In this document: piece by piece, positions 23,501 to 35,423 of the stretch
Layout of the letters: each line of letters begins with the position of its first letter
Position numbering within the stretch: position 1 is the first letter of the stretch
Source: Macrostomum lignano
Lineage: Eukaryota
DNA: 64,000 nucleotides
Reading direction: 5' to 3'
NCBI GenBank assembly: GCA_002269645.1
Contig: NIVC01003305.1
Location: 1 to 64,000 of the forward strand
The notes under the pieces: generated by a model
The model's input: only the letters and a program-made list of their open reading frames with translations
Database searches by the model: none
Told to the model about the DNA's origin: nothing
Made by a program: the position numbers and the translations under genes

Positions 23501-24200
23501 AAATCGTAGAAGCGTCATGTAAACAATCATAGAAGCGCCATGTAAAAAATCATAGAAGCGTCATGTAAACAATCATAGAAGCGTCATGTAAAAAATCGTA
23601 GAAGCGTCATGTAAACAATCATAGAAGCGTCATGTAAACAATCATAGAAGCGTCATGTAAACAATCATAGAAGCGTCATGTAAACAATCATTGAAGCGTC
23701 ATGTAAACAATCATTGAAGCGTCATGTAAACAATCATAGAAGCGTCATGTAAAAAATCGTAGAAGCGTCATGTAAACAATCATAGAAGCGTCATGTAAAC
23801 AATCATAGAAGCGTCATGTAAACAATCATAGAAGCGTCATGTAAAAAATCGTAGAAGCGTCATGTAAAAAATCGTAGAAGCGTCATGTAAAAAATCATAG
23901 AAGCGTCATGTAAAAAATCGTAGAAGCGTCATGTAAACAATCATAGAAGCGTCATGTAAACAATCATAGAAGCGTCATGTAAACAATCATAGAAGCGTCA
24001 TGTAAACAATCATAGAAGCGTCAATTAAAAAATCATAAAAGCGTCATATAAAAATCGTAGAAGCGTCATGTAAACAATCATAGAAGCGTCATGAAAAAAT
24101 CATAGAAGCGTCATGTAAACAATCATAGAAGCGTCATGTAAACAATCATAGAAGCCTCATTTAAAAACTAATGAAAGTGTCATTTAAAAAATTAAGAAGC
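20535..24200. repeat. 23-bp AT-rich satellite (AAACAATCATAGAAGCGTCATGT) with higher-order structure
   Basis: About 3.6-kb tandem array with recurring variant blocks. Confidence 0.97.
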
Positions 24201-24974
24201 GTCACGGTAGAATAAAAGAAACGTCATGTCAGACATGAAGGGTTCATGTAAAAATTAAGTGCAACTATAATGCTGTGCTGGGGAGAAAAACTGAGACGTC
24301 AAGGCTCTCAGAGAATAACTGAGATTACGTGGGGGGGGGGGTTCTGAGATGTCAAAGCAAAAGTCAGAAGCTACTTCAAAGTTCATGTACTTTACTCAAT
24401 TTTTTTATTGCATTCTTTGTTGGCTCGTCACGGGGGGGGGCGCCGATAGAAGAAAAGTCATGTAAAAAATAAAAGTACCACTATGTATACATAAAATAAA
24501 AGTCATGTCGAAGTTAAAAGATTCATTTGGGAATTGCTACGATGTCAAAGCTTGGTGGAAATCGTTATAGTGCTGTGATTCTTAAAGAAAAAATCACTAA
24601 AATGTCAAGGCTTAGGGGAGAAGAATTGCTGAGATTTCAATGCTTTAGGTTGGGTTAAAGTTAGGTTTACGTCAGGTTTGGGTTGAGGGTTAGATTTTAT
24701 CGGGTTTCAAGGTTAACAGGGGATTTTTTAGATTTCTAGGTTTATGGGGGCTATTGCTGACATGTTAAGGCTTACGGGGGGAATAGCTGAGATGTCAAGG
24801 CTCACGGGGTATAAATGAGATTTCAAGGCTAAAGTCAGAAGCTACATGTAGTTTATTGAAAACTTTTTATTACATTATTTGATGCCTCCTCAGGGGAGGG
24901 ATCGCTGATAGAAAAAGCGTAATGTAAAAAATAAAAGAAGCTTCATGTCGAAGTTAAGAGATTCATTTGGGAAG

Positions 24975-25002
24975 GTTAGGCTAGGGTTAGGGTTAGGGTT
25001 AG
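24975..25002 (+). repeat. Short interstitial (TTAGGG)n-like tract
   Basis: gttaggctagggttagggttagggttag. Confidence 0.5.
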
Positions 25003-28000
25003 AAGGTTGACAGATATTTTTAGATTTCCAAGGCTTATTGGGCATTGCTGAGATGTCAAGGGGGAAGTTGATAATATGTTAAAGCTTGTGGGGGGGGGGG
25101 GTAACTGACATGTCAAGGCTTACAAGGTTTGACAGGAGATTTTTTAAGATTTCAAGGATACATGTAGCTTATTAAAAAACGTGTATTGCATTTCTTTGGC
25201 TCCCCAACGGGGGGCGTAGATTGCTAGTAAAAGTATTAAAAACATTGTTTTTTTAATTTACCCATTTCCAAAATAAATCTTCAATGTTTAAAATTTTATA
25301 TAAGCATATTAAGCCCCCTATAAGGGCATTCAAATTCAAAATTAAAACAATGAAAGCATTAAAAAATGTTTTTTAAATATTTGACAAATTTCCTATTGCA
25401 ATTGATATAAATTTTATATACCTATTTGCCAACTGAATCTGAATTAATTAGGCCCATTAACTACTGCCACCATTTGCAATTGCACCACTTTCTTTGTGTT
25501 ATAAATTAATACAAACAAGATTAAAGCAATTTAGATACAATAGTTGATAAAAAGGCACATTGCATTTCAAGCTAGGCCTAGCTTTATAACCCAACTCTCT
25601 TTTATCAATTGTCTATAAGACTAGTAAATAATAAAATTCAATTATTTGATCAACACTATAAATTGCAAGCCTGCCAGGGTGCTAGTCACTTTGTCAACTA
25701 GTGTTTTGTCAAATTGTTGACAAAGTGATTGCTCATATTTAGCAGGGGTAGCGGTATTAGCTATTAACAAAGTGACCAAGTTTAGAGGTCTTACTGATTG
25801 GTCAATTGATGAAATGACCAAGACCAATGGCTCACTACTCACCTGTTACCAGTTGACAAAATGAAACTAATTTAGAATTATGGTTACTTGATTGCAAATG
25901 CATTTAAAAGCATTATTTCTAAACTCTTGATTTGTAAATTTTAACATTATACTTTACTAATGAATTATTTAGCTGTTTTTCATTTGCTTATCATTTCTTA
26001 TAAGAATACTATTTCCTTTGTTGTAATTCAATATAATTAAATTGTACATTCAAATGTACGATATATTGGTGCAATTTTGAAATTTTAATTGATTAACAGC
26101 TCAGCTGCTTTGGCACCAATACAGCTATGAACATATCATATATACACAATACTGCATTGCATAATATATGTACATGTATATAAATTCACAGTTGACAAAG
26201 TAACTACCATTTTAAAGTGTTACAACTGTTCATTGATGAAGTGACCATGTTTAGAGATCCACTTATTGGCCAATTGATGAAGTGAAGTGACCTGAGGGCA
26301 ATGGCTCCCCAGTTGACAAAATGCCAGTTGATGATTTGACTAGGATCTGCTTACCATGGGATAGCTAGGCCTATGCAAAGGATTATAAAACTCCTTATAT
26401 TATAGGCCTAGCTTTATTTAGAATATATATTCTACATTGGAATAATTCCAATTTTATCCACATGAATCCATGTTGATAATTTCTAGCTTATCCCCTTAGC
26501 AGCTTATTGGAATAGAGAACCTTACAATGAATCTGTTCAAAACTATCTATTTGTTTTCACTGTTTTACAAATCTTCTAAGTAAACTACTGAATAGTATCT
26601 AATATTTTATTAAAACTTTTTTGTCATTAAAAGGGTTAATTTTAAATATTTGCTTAGCTGTGAGCTTTGCTTAGAATGACCAAATAGACCTTAAGATCAA
26701 GATGAAAGAGATTTGCAAAATTCAAAATTTAAAATGTAATAATAATGAGTATAATATTAATAATACTAATAATAATGACAATATCAATTTAACTTCAATA
26801 CACAAAAATAAACACAAACAATTATATAATTTTATCTTAGCTATGGGGATAAGCTGAAAATTATTGACATAGGTCCGGGTAGATAAAATTGGAATTATTG
26901 ATATGGACTATAGACTTGAATGGTGGCAGCTATTTCAATAAGCTGCCGTGGGGATAAGCTGGAAATTATCAACATGGATCCATGTGGATAAAATTGGAAC
27001 TAAACCTATTGACATGGGACCATGGGGATAAGCACTTCCTTCTACATTGGCCAAGGAAAAGCTTGAATTCTTGAACTGAATAATTAAATTACTAAATTGA
27101 ATGCCTAATAAAAGCATAAAAAATATCATTTTTCAAATATTTGACCTACTTCCAAATAAAATTCTTTATCAAAAAGTTCTTTATGATTGCCAAAGAATTA
27201 TAATTTTTCAAAGTTAATTTAAAATGGCTAGATAATTTTCAGAAAATCAAAGACATAGATAGTGACAAACAGCACAAAATTAAATATATGGATCTGCTCA
27301 AAATATAATAAAAATATGTAAAATTTGAGAGATTTTGACTAACTATTAGTTAGTCTAACTTAACTATTAGTTAGTCAATTTATTATTATTTAGTATGTTT
27401 ACACTTTAGATATAGATAGATACCAACAGACCATTTTTAGTATGGATCATTAGTATTATTATACTCACTCATTTTTAGCTTTTACCTTGAAACTTTATCA
27501 AAAGAACAATAAATATCTATTTTATTGAATGGGTTGGGTTTTATTTCCATATAATTATACTGATCAAAGTAATAGGCCTAATCACTCAAAATAGTGATGT
27601 TTTGGATTGGGTGCCAATACATATTATGCATATGCTGATATGCATATAATGTTATAAACACAATTCTTTGTTTAATATTTTTTGTCTACAAAAGGGAACT
27701 GGTTACTTCGGTGACAGGTGACAAAAGAGTATGGAGCGTACATTGTTTAAAGTTAAAGTCCGACCGTTCGAACGATTGAAAATGAACCGCAATTCAATTT
27801 TGCGCCAAAAGAGGCATTGCTAAACGATTGTTAAGCACTCAAAGGCCAAAAGGCATACAATGCTTCAGTTTCCATAGCCACGTAGTGCCACCCGTTGAAG
27901 GTGCCGCCGGCGTCTGGATGACGACCGAATGCATAAGAGACTAGCTGCATTATGATTACATAGCAGTTGAGGATTGCCATGCAACTCGACAAGCTTGAGA

Positions 28001-29006
28001 CGTAAGGCTCGACCCAGTCCGGAGGGGCTGGGGACTTGATTTTTGTTTGAGGAGAAGGTACGAAAGGAAAAATAAGCTTCATGTTCTTGAATTTCATTTG
28101 CCTGCGTTGCTCCTCCGTTCCGGTGCAGCAAAAAAATTGTCAGAAAGAGACTTAATCCCCTTTAATTATAACATGTAGTTCGATGGGCGGAAAATGCATG
28201 GCTTGCATTGGTACATGTATGTACTGTACATGTATTCCAACTGATTTATTAGCAGAAAATCCAAACAAATTAAGGTACCAAAAAATATTGAAAATAGTAA
28301 GTCAAATTTTAATGAAAACAAGAATATAGTAAGTGTTGTGTATGCAGCTTGCACGCCGCCTAGGAGTTCTTGTTCTTGCGTTCTGATTGGCTGGGGGGTT
28401 TGTCTGTCTGCCCAGACCGGCCTAGGCCGGGTGGGGGGTTGATGTTTGCTGAATCATGCTGGTTAGTAGTTTAACTATATATAATATAAGTGGCGCACCG
28501 GCCTTCCAAGCCTTTGTGACTTTTTCTACCCTGCAATCGCTTCTTGCATCAATTATTCATTTGGCCACGCTGCCTCAATGTACAACAGTAAGTGCGAGCG
28601 TATATTACATTTTCTGTCACAATTGTCATGCAATGATGGACTTGACTCTCTGGATGTATACATGTACATGTTTACATCTTGTTGTTGTTTTTCATCCAGT
28701 CAAGGACGACAACTTGATGCAACTTAATTGATGCCATCAATTGCCTATATTTACATGTAACTGCCATTGTAATGGGCCAAGGACCACTGTAGCATATAAC
28801 AGCTTATCTTTTATTTCCACGGTGTTTTTTTCAGGAAATTGGCCTCCAAAAAATTACACGATCTTTGACTTTGATCTGACATCCTGTTATACTACTTTTA
28901 AAATTGAACGGTATTTACACAATATGTTTGCAATAATGTTTTTATCAAAGACATGCAATAATCAACTCAAGAACCACTAGCAGTATCGCTGATAGCAGCA
29001 CATATA

Positions 29007-29630
29007 CTCAGCAACAGTCAAAAGTTCCACCCTCCAAGCGAGATGAAAATTTTCTCACTTATTGCTACAACTTCTCACTTATCACAATTCAACCCTCAAG
29101 GTTACGCAACTAAGCAGCCGCGAGGAAAGGAAAGTTGATCGAATCTAACGTCAGTCGCACAAAATCATAAGTTTATTTTTTATGCAATATAAGCAGTTAG
29201 AATTGCGATGCTTAATAACGCGTGTGGGATCCCCTCGCACGCAGAAGTGCGGCGACACTGCGGGGTATCCTCAGGATGAGGCGCGGCGCAGAAAGTCCTG
29301 GAGAAGCTGCTGCCAAGCGTTTTCAATGGCATGACGCAGCTGCGCAACATTCTGTGGTGGATTCTCTTTTCGAATGCTGCGTTTTAGAAAGTCCCACGAG
29401 ACATGCTCGATGGGATTCATGTCTGGGGACCGGGAAGGCCGGCCAGCGTAGAGTGCTCAGCTTAGCTGTTCTTTTAGTTGACTAACAGCATCGGCTCGGT
29501 GTGGTGGCGCATTATTGTTATCCTGGTCAACTCAAGTAGCAAAAAGACTCGCGCGTGCCGTAAGTTGCGTCACTCGAAAAGTGAGAAAATTCATCTCGCT
29601 TAGAGGGTGGAACTTTTGACTGTTTCTGAG
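29007..29630. mobile_element. MITE, Tc1/mariner-type (TA TSD, about 54-bp TIR)
   Basis: TA|ctcagcaacagtcaaaagttccaccctccaagcgagatgaaaattttctcactt ... aagtgagaaaattcatctcgcttagagggtggaacttttgactgtttctgag|TA. Confidence 0.85.
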
Positions 29631-29674
29631 TATATATACTGCTGTGTGGTGACATGGATTTTAACTATGAACTA

Positions 29675-30209
29675 CACCTTTCACGTTCAATTTTGATCAA
29701 AGTCCAGTTCTAAAAAAACTAGCGGAAATTCAATTCAGACAATTTAGACTGGGGCTCAGTCTAACCCATGGAGGAAAGTATAGAATGGAGTGCTAATCTG
29801 AGCCAGTTATTTTTATCTCGCTCGATCTTAACTTTTAACATCCCTTCCCCCCCCCCGTTCTTTCCTATTGGCTCGTGACTGCCATAGACAAAGTATTTTT
29901 CGTCTCGTTTTCGTTTTCGTTCCCCTCTGAAAGGTCTGTCCCAGCATAGTATGAGCTCGCATCAAAATATGCTTTCAGCCAATAGGAAGGAACGGGGGGA
30001 AAGGGATGTTAAAAGCGAAAATCGAGCGAGATAAAAATAACTGGCTCAGATTAGCACTCCATTCTATTCTTTCCTCCATGGTCTAACCCCAGCTCAAAAA
30101 ATTCTAACCGAAGTAAGGTTTAGCCATAGACAAAATTAGCCTCAGTCTGAATTGAATTTCCGATATTTTTTTAGAACTGGACTTTGATCAAAATTGAACG
30201 TGAAAGGTG
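29675..30209. mobile_element. MITE, Tc1/mariner-type (TA TSD, about 65-bp TIR), interrupted by a nested MITE
   Basis: TA|cacctttcacgttcaattttgatcaaagtccagttctaaaaaa ... ttttttagaactggactttgatcaaaattgaacgtgaaaggtg|TA. Confidence 0.88.
29767..30080. mobile_element. Nested MITE with about 110-bp TIRs and 8-bp TSD (P- or hAT-type)
   Basis: gtctaacc|CATGGAGGAAAG...CTTTCCTCCATG|gtctaacc; TSD at 29759-29766 and 30081-30088. Confidence 0.9.
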
Positions 30210-30749
30210 TATTACGAGCGTACACATGCGATTGAACTATCTATGGACATAGATAGCAGAAGACCCAGCAGTTACTATAAAGAGCTGGGAGCACGAGGGA
30301 AAATGGAATTAACCAACTAACAAGCGGAGCGAGACAAGGGCTCCTACGATAACGAATTATTTCCGCTTAATTCCGGAATTACTTCCGTTAACACAAATAT
30401 ACGATCAGACGGAACGAACTGTCTTACCAATATACACATCACGTGGTCCTTGAATCAATAAAGAGATAATTACGCTCGTAGCGTAAAACAATGTTGGTTG
30501 TTCACATTGCTTTGTTCCTCATTATCATTGGAATTTTTTAGAATTGGCTCGGGACCCATGAGAATGATGCCACTAAATTATGCGAAATAAGCATGCAATG
30601 CACATGTACATTTACATGTCAATGACTACGCTCGTACTTAGAAAGAACGATGGAATACATGTGAGTCATCCTTAGTACATGTACTTATATGAAGGTGATA
30701 GAAAAGCTTCGTACATGTCACGACTTAGTTTGACTGCGGGCCAGAGGAG

Positions 30750-31172
30750 GGGAGAGAGGAGAGGGAATAGAGAATAGCAGAGACGAAAGATAAAAGATAG
30801 GAAAAAAGAGGCGAGCGCGAGAAGCGATGCTAGGCAAAAAAAGAGGAGACGAGAGGTTAGAAGAAATGGGAGAGGAGAAAGAGAGAATGGAGAGAAGAGA
30901 GGAGAGAGGTTAGATGAAATAGGAGAGGAGAAAGGAGAGAAGGGAGAGAAGAGAGAAGAAAGAGAGAAGGGAGAGAAGAGAGGAACGAAGAGAGGAGAGA
31001 GGTTAGAAGAGAAGAGAATGAGAGGAAGAGAGAAGAGAGAAGAGAGAAGAGAGAAGAGAGAAGAGAGAAGAGAGAAGAGAGAAGAGAGAAGAGAGAAGAG
31101 AGAAGAGAGAAGAGAGAAGAGAGAAGAGAGAAGAGAGAAGAGAGAAGAGAGAAGAGAGAAGAGAGAAGAGAC
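30750..31172. repeat. Polypurine tract ending in a (GAGAA)n microsatellite
   Basis: Pure GAGAA units at about 31027-31170. Confidence 0.95.
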
Positions 31173-31244
31173 AAACCTTTAAGGGGCCGGATTGCTATTG
31201 TGAAATTTCAATGGAGCCAAAGAGAGTTTTAAAGAGAGGCTTTG

Positions 31245-31292
31245 CATGCGGGCCGCATGTGGCCCGCCAGCTGGAGTTTGCCGATCCGCGGC
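31245..31292. mobile_element. Possible hAT-type terminal remnant
   Basis: gcgggccgcatgtggcccgc palindrome followed by gagtttgccgatccgcg resembles hAT non-autonomous ends; no partner end found. Confidence 0.3.
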
Positions 31293-31951
31293 TTGGTGCT
31301 TCAATTAAGTGACAGCGGGGCATATCTGCAAAAAATCAACGCGTTTAGGCACGTTCTCTTCGCCAAGATGTACCGGATACAAGTTGTTTGATCACGAAAC
31401 TTGTAAATCAAATTTGATTCCTTTGTACATTGGTTATGCGATTTGGTGGCTCAGTTAGTGGCAGTGTAAATGAGCCTTTTGCAAAGCTTTCTGATACGGG
31501 GCTTAGGCAACATTGTGAGTATGCGTTACTGCAGCGCAACATAACATGCATGTGCGATCTTTGCGCCTTCTATATCTAAACCAGAAAATCCTTGCGTCAA
31601 GACTTATAGAATGCATCATAGTTGGCTATTCTTGCCAGAATTTTTTCTTTCATCTCAAAGAAGCAAAGGAAGCGGCAAGACTAACTACACGAAATAAATA
31701 GCGCCTGCTCAGCAAGCCTACAAAGTGACTGCCGTTTTGGGCCCATCTGGTTTGCAGCAGCTTTCCAGGGCTTATTTTCTGTTAAATTTGGCTGATAATT
31801 GCTTGGGGGACAGCGGACACAAAAAACACTACCGTTGCTGCTCAGAAATATGCTCTCCGCGGATAGAATAAGCAGTCTTTGATCGACTATTTATCCGTGC
31901 AGATTTTGTTTGATTTCTGCCATTCGCAGCTTTTTTCCAGCGAGCTATAAT

Positions 31952-33195
31952 GGGTCTACGACGTTTGCCAGCCGACGCTTGCCAGCCGACGTTTGCCTGT
32001 GGGACTTTTGCCAGCCGACAATTTGCCAGCCGACGTTTGCCTGTGGGACGTTTGCCAGCCGACGTTTGCCAGCCGACGTTTGCCAGCCGACGTTTGCCTG
32101 TGGGACTTTTGCCAGCCGACAATTTGCCAGCCGACGTTTGCCTGTGGGACGTTTGCCAGCCGACGTTTGCCAGCCGACGTTTGCCAGCCGACGTTTGCCA
32201 GCCGGACATTTGCGGGCGGCAATTGGTTAAAGAAGTATAGGCCCTCTCTAGGCTTACATGTACTTGCATTTGAAAACTGTGGACACAGCACTAATCTAAT
32301 TCCACCTTGCTCCCTATATACTTCAGTACTACTGGTTACTAACAAACTACTGTTCAGGCTTGTTGAAGTTATTGCTCTTGTCTGCCTAAATATAAAGGTA
32401 AAAATACAAAATAGGAGTTTCCATCGTCCCGGTTGATGTCTATGTATGCCATGGAACGCCCCTTTCCATCTCAGTGGCCAAACAAGCTAAGTGTTTACAA
32501 GCTAAATGGGAAAAGACTGAGACATCCATAATGGTATTGGCTTAGTCTCGCCTATATATACTTAACTCAAAAGCCAAACTCTGCTTAACGGAGATTGGCC
32601 ATGACAGCGTACACTTGACAAGCTGCATTGGAATTAATTCGCTTAATTTTGGATCTCCCAATGAACTGGGAAATATACAAGCCAGAATTATCGTTCAGCA
32701 GGTCTTTTATTTGCCCAAAACTTGACTCGCTGGAGATTCCCGATTAAATTTGCGTGTCTTCATTCGCAAATCAAAAATCAAACATCTCAAACTGGGAAAA
32801 GCGATACAGAACTGTCAGAAGTAAACTTTATAATATTTTCACATTCAAAGAAATTGTTGTTAAACTAGGATACTAGATTGATGAACTGCATAATTTGTAT
32901 AGATTTTGTTTTCGAACTTCTATACATGCGAATAACCGTCAAAAAGTTGGACTGAAAAACCGGGTTTTTTTCAACCCGCTAAACTGCGAATATTTCAGTA
33001 TCAATTTTTTCACTCACTGACTTAATTTTGGCTGGCAAAGGTCAGCTGGCAAACATCGGCTGGCAAACGTCGGCTGGCAAACGTCCCGCAGGCAAACGTC
33101 GGCTGGCAAACGTCCCACAGGCAAACGTCGGCTGGCAAACGTCCGGCAGGCAAACGTCGGCTGGCAAACGTCCGGCAGGCAAACGTCGCTATCCC
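31952..33195. mobile_element. Non-autonomous DNA transposon with GGG...CCC termini, AT flanks and inverted subterminal 14-bp repeat arrays
   Basis: Left AT|gggtctacgacgtttgcc + (gccagccgacgttt)n to about 32215; right (aaacgtcggctggc)n from about 33050 + ggcaaacgtcgctatccc|AT. Confidence 0.8.
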
Positions 33196-33812
33196 ATAGA
33201 CATCGCTTTGAGATGTGTTTTAGCTGTATTTGCCGTGGGTTACTGCGACTCAAATAATGGACAGTTGAATGAGTGCTTACGATCGAGCGTATAAAATACC
33301 TGTAACTACGGTTAAAAAGCTATAGTCTTTGTCATGTAATCTGTAAGTACGGTAATGGATAAATCAGTAGTACAGTGCATGGATTATCGCTTTGTGTTGT
33401 GCTTGGTTTCATAAATTGAAAGCAATATGGGGAGTCGGAATGATCAGTCAGATAGGTACAAATGAACCTGTTTCTTAGGATAGGTAAAATTAATTGACAC
33501 CATCCATGAACTGCTCATTCGTAAGAGATATTGCGATGAGGACCTATTTGAATTGATCAAAACTATTGACATCTGCGGATATGAAGACAAGCTGAACCTG
33601 TTAATAAAGGCGCTGTACATTAAAGTGCACCGCTATTGGGGGCATAGCAGGCCGTCTACTCAGTGTAGCTCGGAGTTGGCCGTTCGTTCCTTATGCTTTT
33701 CTTTGTTGATATAAATAGCATTTATCTACCTTATCATGGTAGAGCGAGCCGCAGTTCCTGAACCAGCACTGCGGCTTAGAATGAAAGAGTCCAGTTACTT
33801 GCAGTAATGCAG

Positions 33813-34238
33813 TTACTTAAGTCCAAACGGCATCCTCCGTCTGATTTTCCTCTTTTTCCGTTGCTGCTTTTTATTGCCCCGCTTCTTCGACCCGCCGCCA
33901 GCTTGGTTGGCTGACGCGGTGGCGGTGGCAGCTGCTGCGTGAGCGGCTGCGGCCAACCGCCTGTGAATCTGTGAGTCCACCAGAGCGCCTGTGAAGGCCC
34001 GGCCTCGCCAGGTCACGGTGACAACCAGGGGGCAACCGCTGTCGCCACGCTGAGCATCCAGCCAGATTACGCCTTGCAGATGCACTCGGGTGCCAGGAGG
34101 CCGCGGAGTCGCTTCGTCGTGGATTTCTGCCGGCTCGTCTGGGAGGCTGGAGCTGGTTGGTGTGGCGTCCTGTTGCGGATTGACGCTGTCGACACAAATA
34201 CTTCTTGACTGCTGCTGCCACTGTTCGTTTTGCACCGT
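33813..34238 (-). CDS. Short ZNF608/609 (brakeless)-like paralog, exon 2 (terminal)
   Basis: Acceptor atttccag. PPGTRVHLQGVIWLD...PLVVTVTWRGRAFTGALVDS matches the family domain EPGTSVNLEGIVW...LVVNVTWRNKTYVGTLLD. Basic tail, then stop; no zinc finger. Confidence 0.8.
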   Translation of the reverse strand, partial: TVQNEQWQQQSRSICVDSVNPQQDATPTSSSLPDEPAEIHDEATPRPPGTRVHLQGVIWLDAQRGDSGCPLVVTVTWRGRAFTGALVDSQIHRRLAAAAHAAAATATASANQAGGGSKKRGNKKQQRKKRKIRRRMPFGLK

Positions 34239-34635
34239 CTGGAAATATTTTGGGGTTTGAAAAGCCTACAGGTTATTGCAGTGCACTGAATTTGGGTCAG
34301 AACGAGCGCATCACTCTACTTATAGGACTGGGAAGATTAGATTGCTCGAAAGGACCACTAGAAGTAACGCTAACTTCTACCTTAGTGCGTCCAAAAAGTT
34401 CTTAGACACCCCTCCTATCTCTGCATCCGTTCAATCGATTTTTATAAAAATTTACACAAACCCGGGCTTATATCTAATGAGTTCAGTGCTAAAGTTTCAG
34501 CTTAATCGGGTTGACAGAGCAAAAGCAATCGATCATTTACTAAGGGTGTCTAAGAACTTTTTGGACGCACTAAGGTAGTGGTATTTGAAATTTCTACTGT
34601 TGAAGTTCTATAAACACTAGAGATTCAAAGTGGAG

Positions 34636-35185
34636 TATGGAAGTAGATACCCAGTGTGTGGGCGGGAAGTAGATACCCAGTGAGCAGTGTGTGGGCGGGA
34701 AGTAGATACCCAGTGAGCAGTGTGTGGGCGGGAAGTAGATACCCAGTGAGCAGTGTGTGGGCGGGTAGTAGATACCCAGTGAGCAGTGTGTGGGCGGGTA
34801 GTAGATACCCAGTGAGCAGTGTGTGGGCGGGAAGTAGATACCCAGTGAGCAGTGTGTGGGCGGGAAGTAGATACCCAGTGAGCAGTGTGTGGGCGGGAAA
34901 TAGATACCCAGTGAGCAGTGTGTGGGCAGGAAGTAGATACCCAGTGAGCAGTGTGTGGGCGGGTAGTAGATACCCAGTGAGCAGTGTGTGGGCGGGTAGT
35001 AGATACCCAGTGAGCAGTGTGTGGGCGGGTAGTAGATACCCAGTGAGCAGTGTGTGGGCGGGAAGTAGATACCCAGTGAGCAGTGTGTGGGCAGGAAGTA
35101 TATACCCGGTGAGCAGTGTGTGGGTGGGGGTCGTAGATACCCAGTGAGCAGTGTGTGGGCGGGGATTTTAGATGCCCAGTGAGCA
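34636..35185. repeat. 33-bp minisatellite in the paralog intron (GTAGATACCCAGTGAGCAGTGTGTGGGCGGGAA)
   Basis: Tandem units visible. Confidence 0.95.
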
Positions 35186-35267
35186 GAGGAGTAGAATTGG
35201 GACCTGTACCCAATTCCCTATAAGGTCCGGCATGTCGCAGTCCAGCGCGGGAGTCATAATTAATTAC

Positions 35268-35423
35268 CTCGGAAGTTTCCCCAGGACAGCCGCACGCGTC
35301 CACTCCGTGGCCACTTCCTCCGCGTCCTTCACCGCCGCTATCATCATGGCCGGCGACCTTGAACTCGTGCTGATTGTCGAAAATCGATAAAAGGGATTTT
35401 CGAATTCGTATCTTCAACGGCAT
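35268..35423 (-). CDS. Short ZNF608/609 (brakeless)-like paralog, exon 1
   Basis: ATG at 35423; MPLKIRIRK...QHEFKV resembles the family LKMKIKR...KHEIVK motif. Ends SE|gtaatt in phase 0, like exon 1 of the long gene. Confidence 0.7.

Noticed and set aside
27831-28131. Small minus-strand protein-coding gene
   Set aside because: Short overlapping ORFs with no recognisable domain or splice support.
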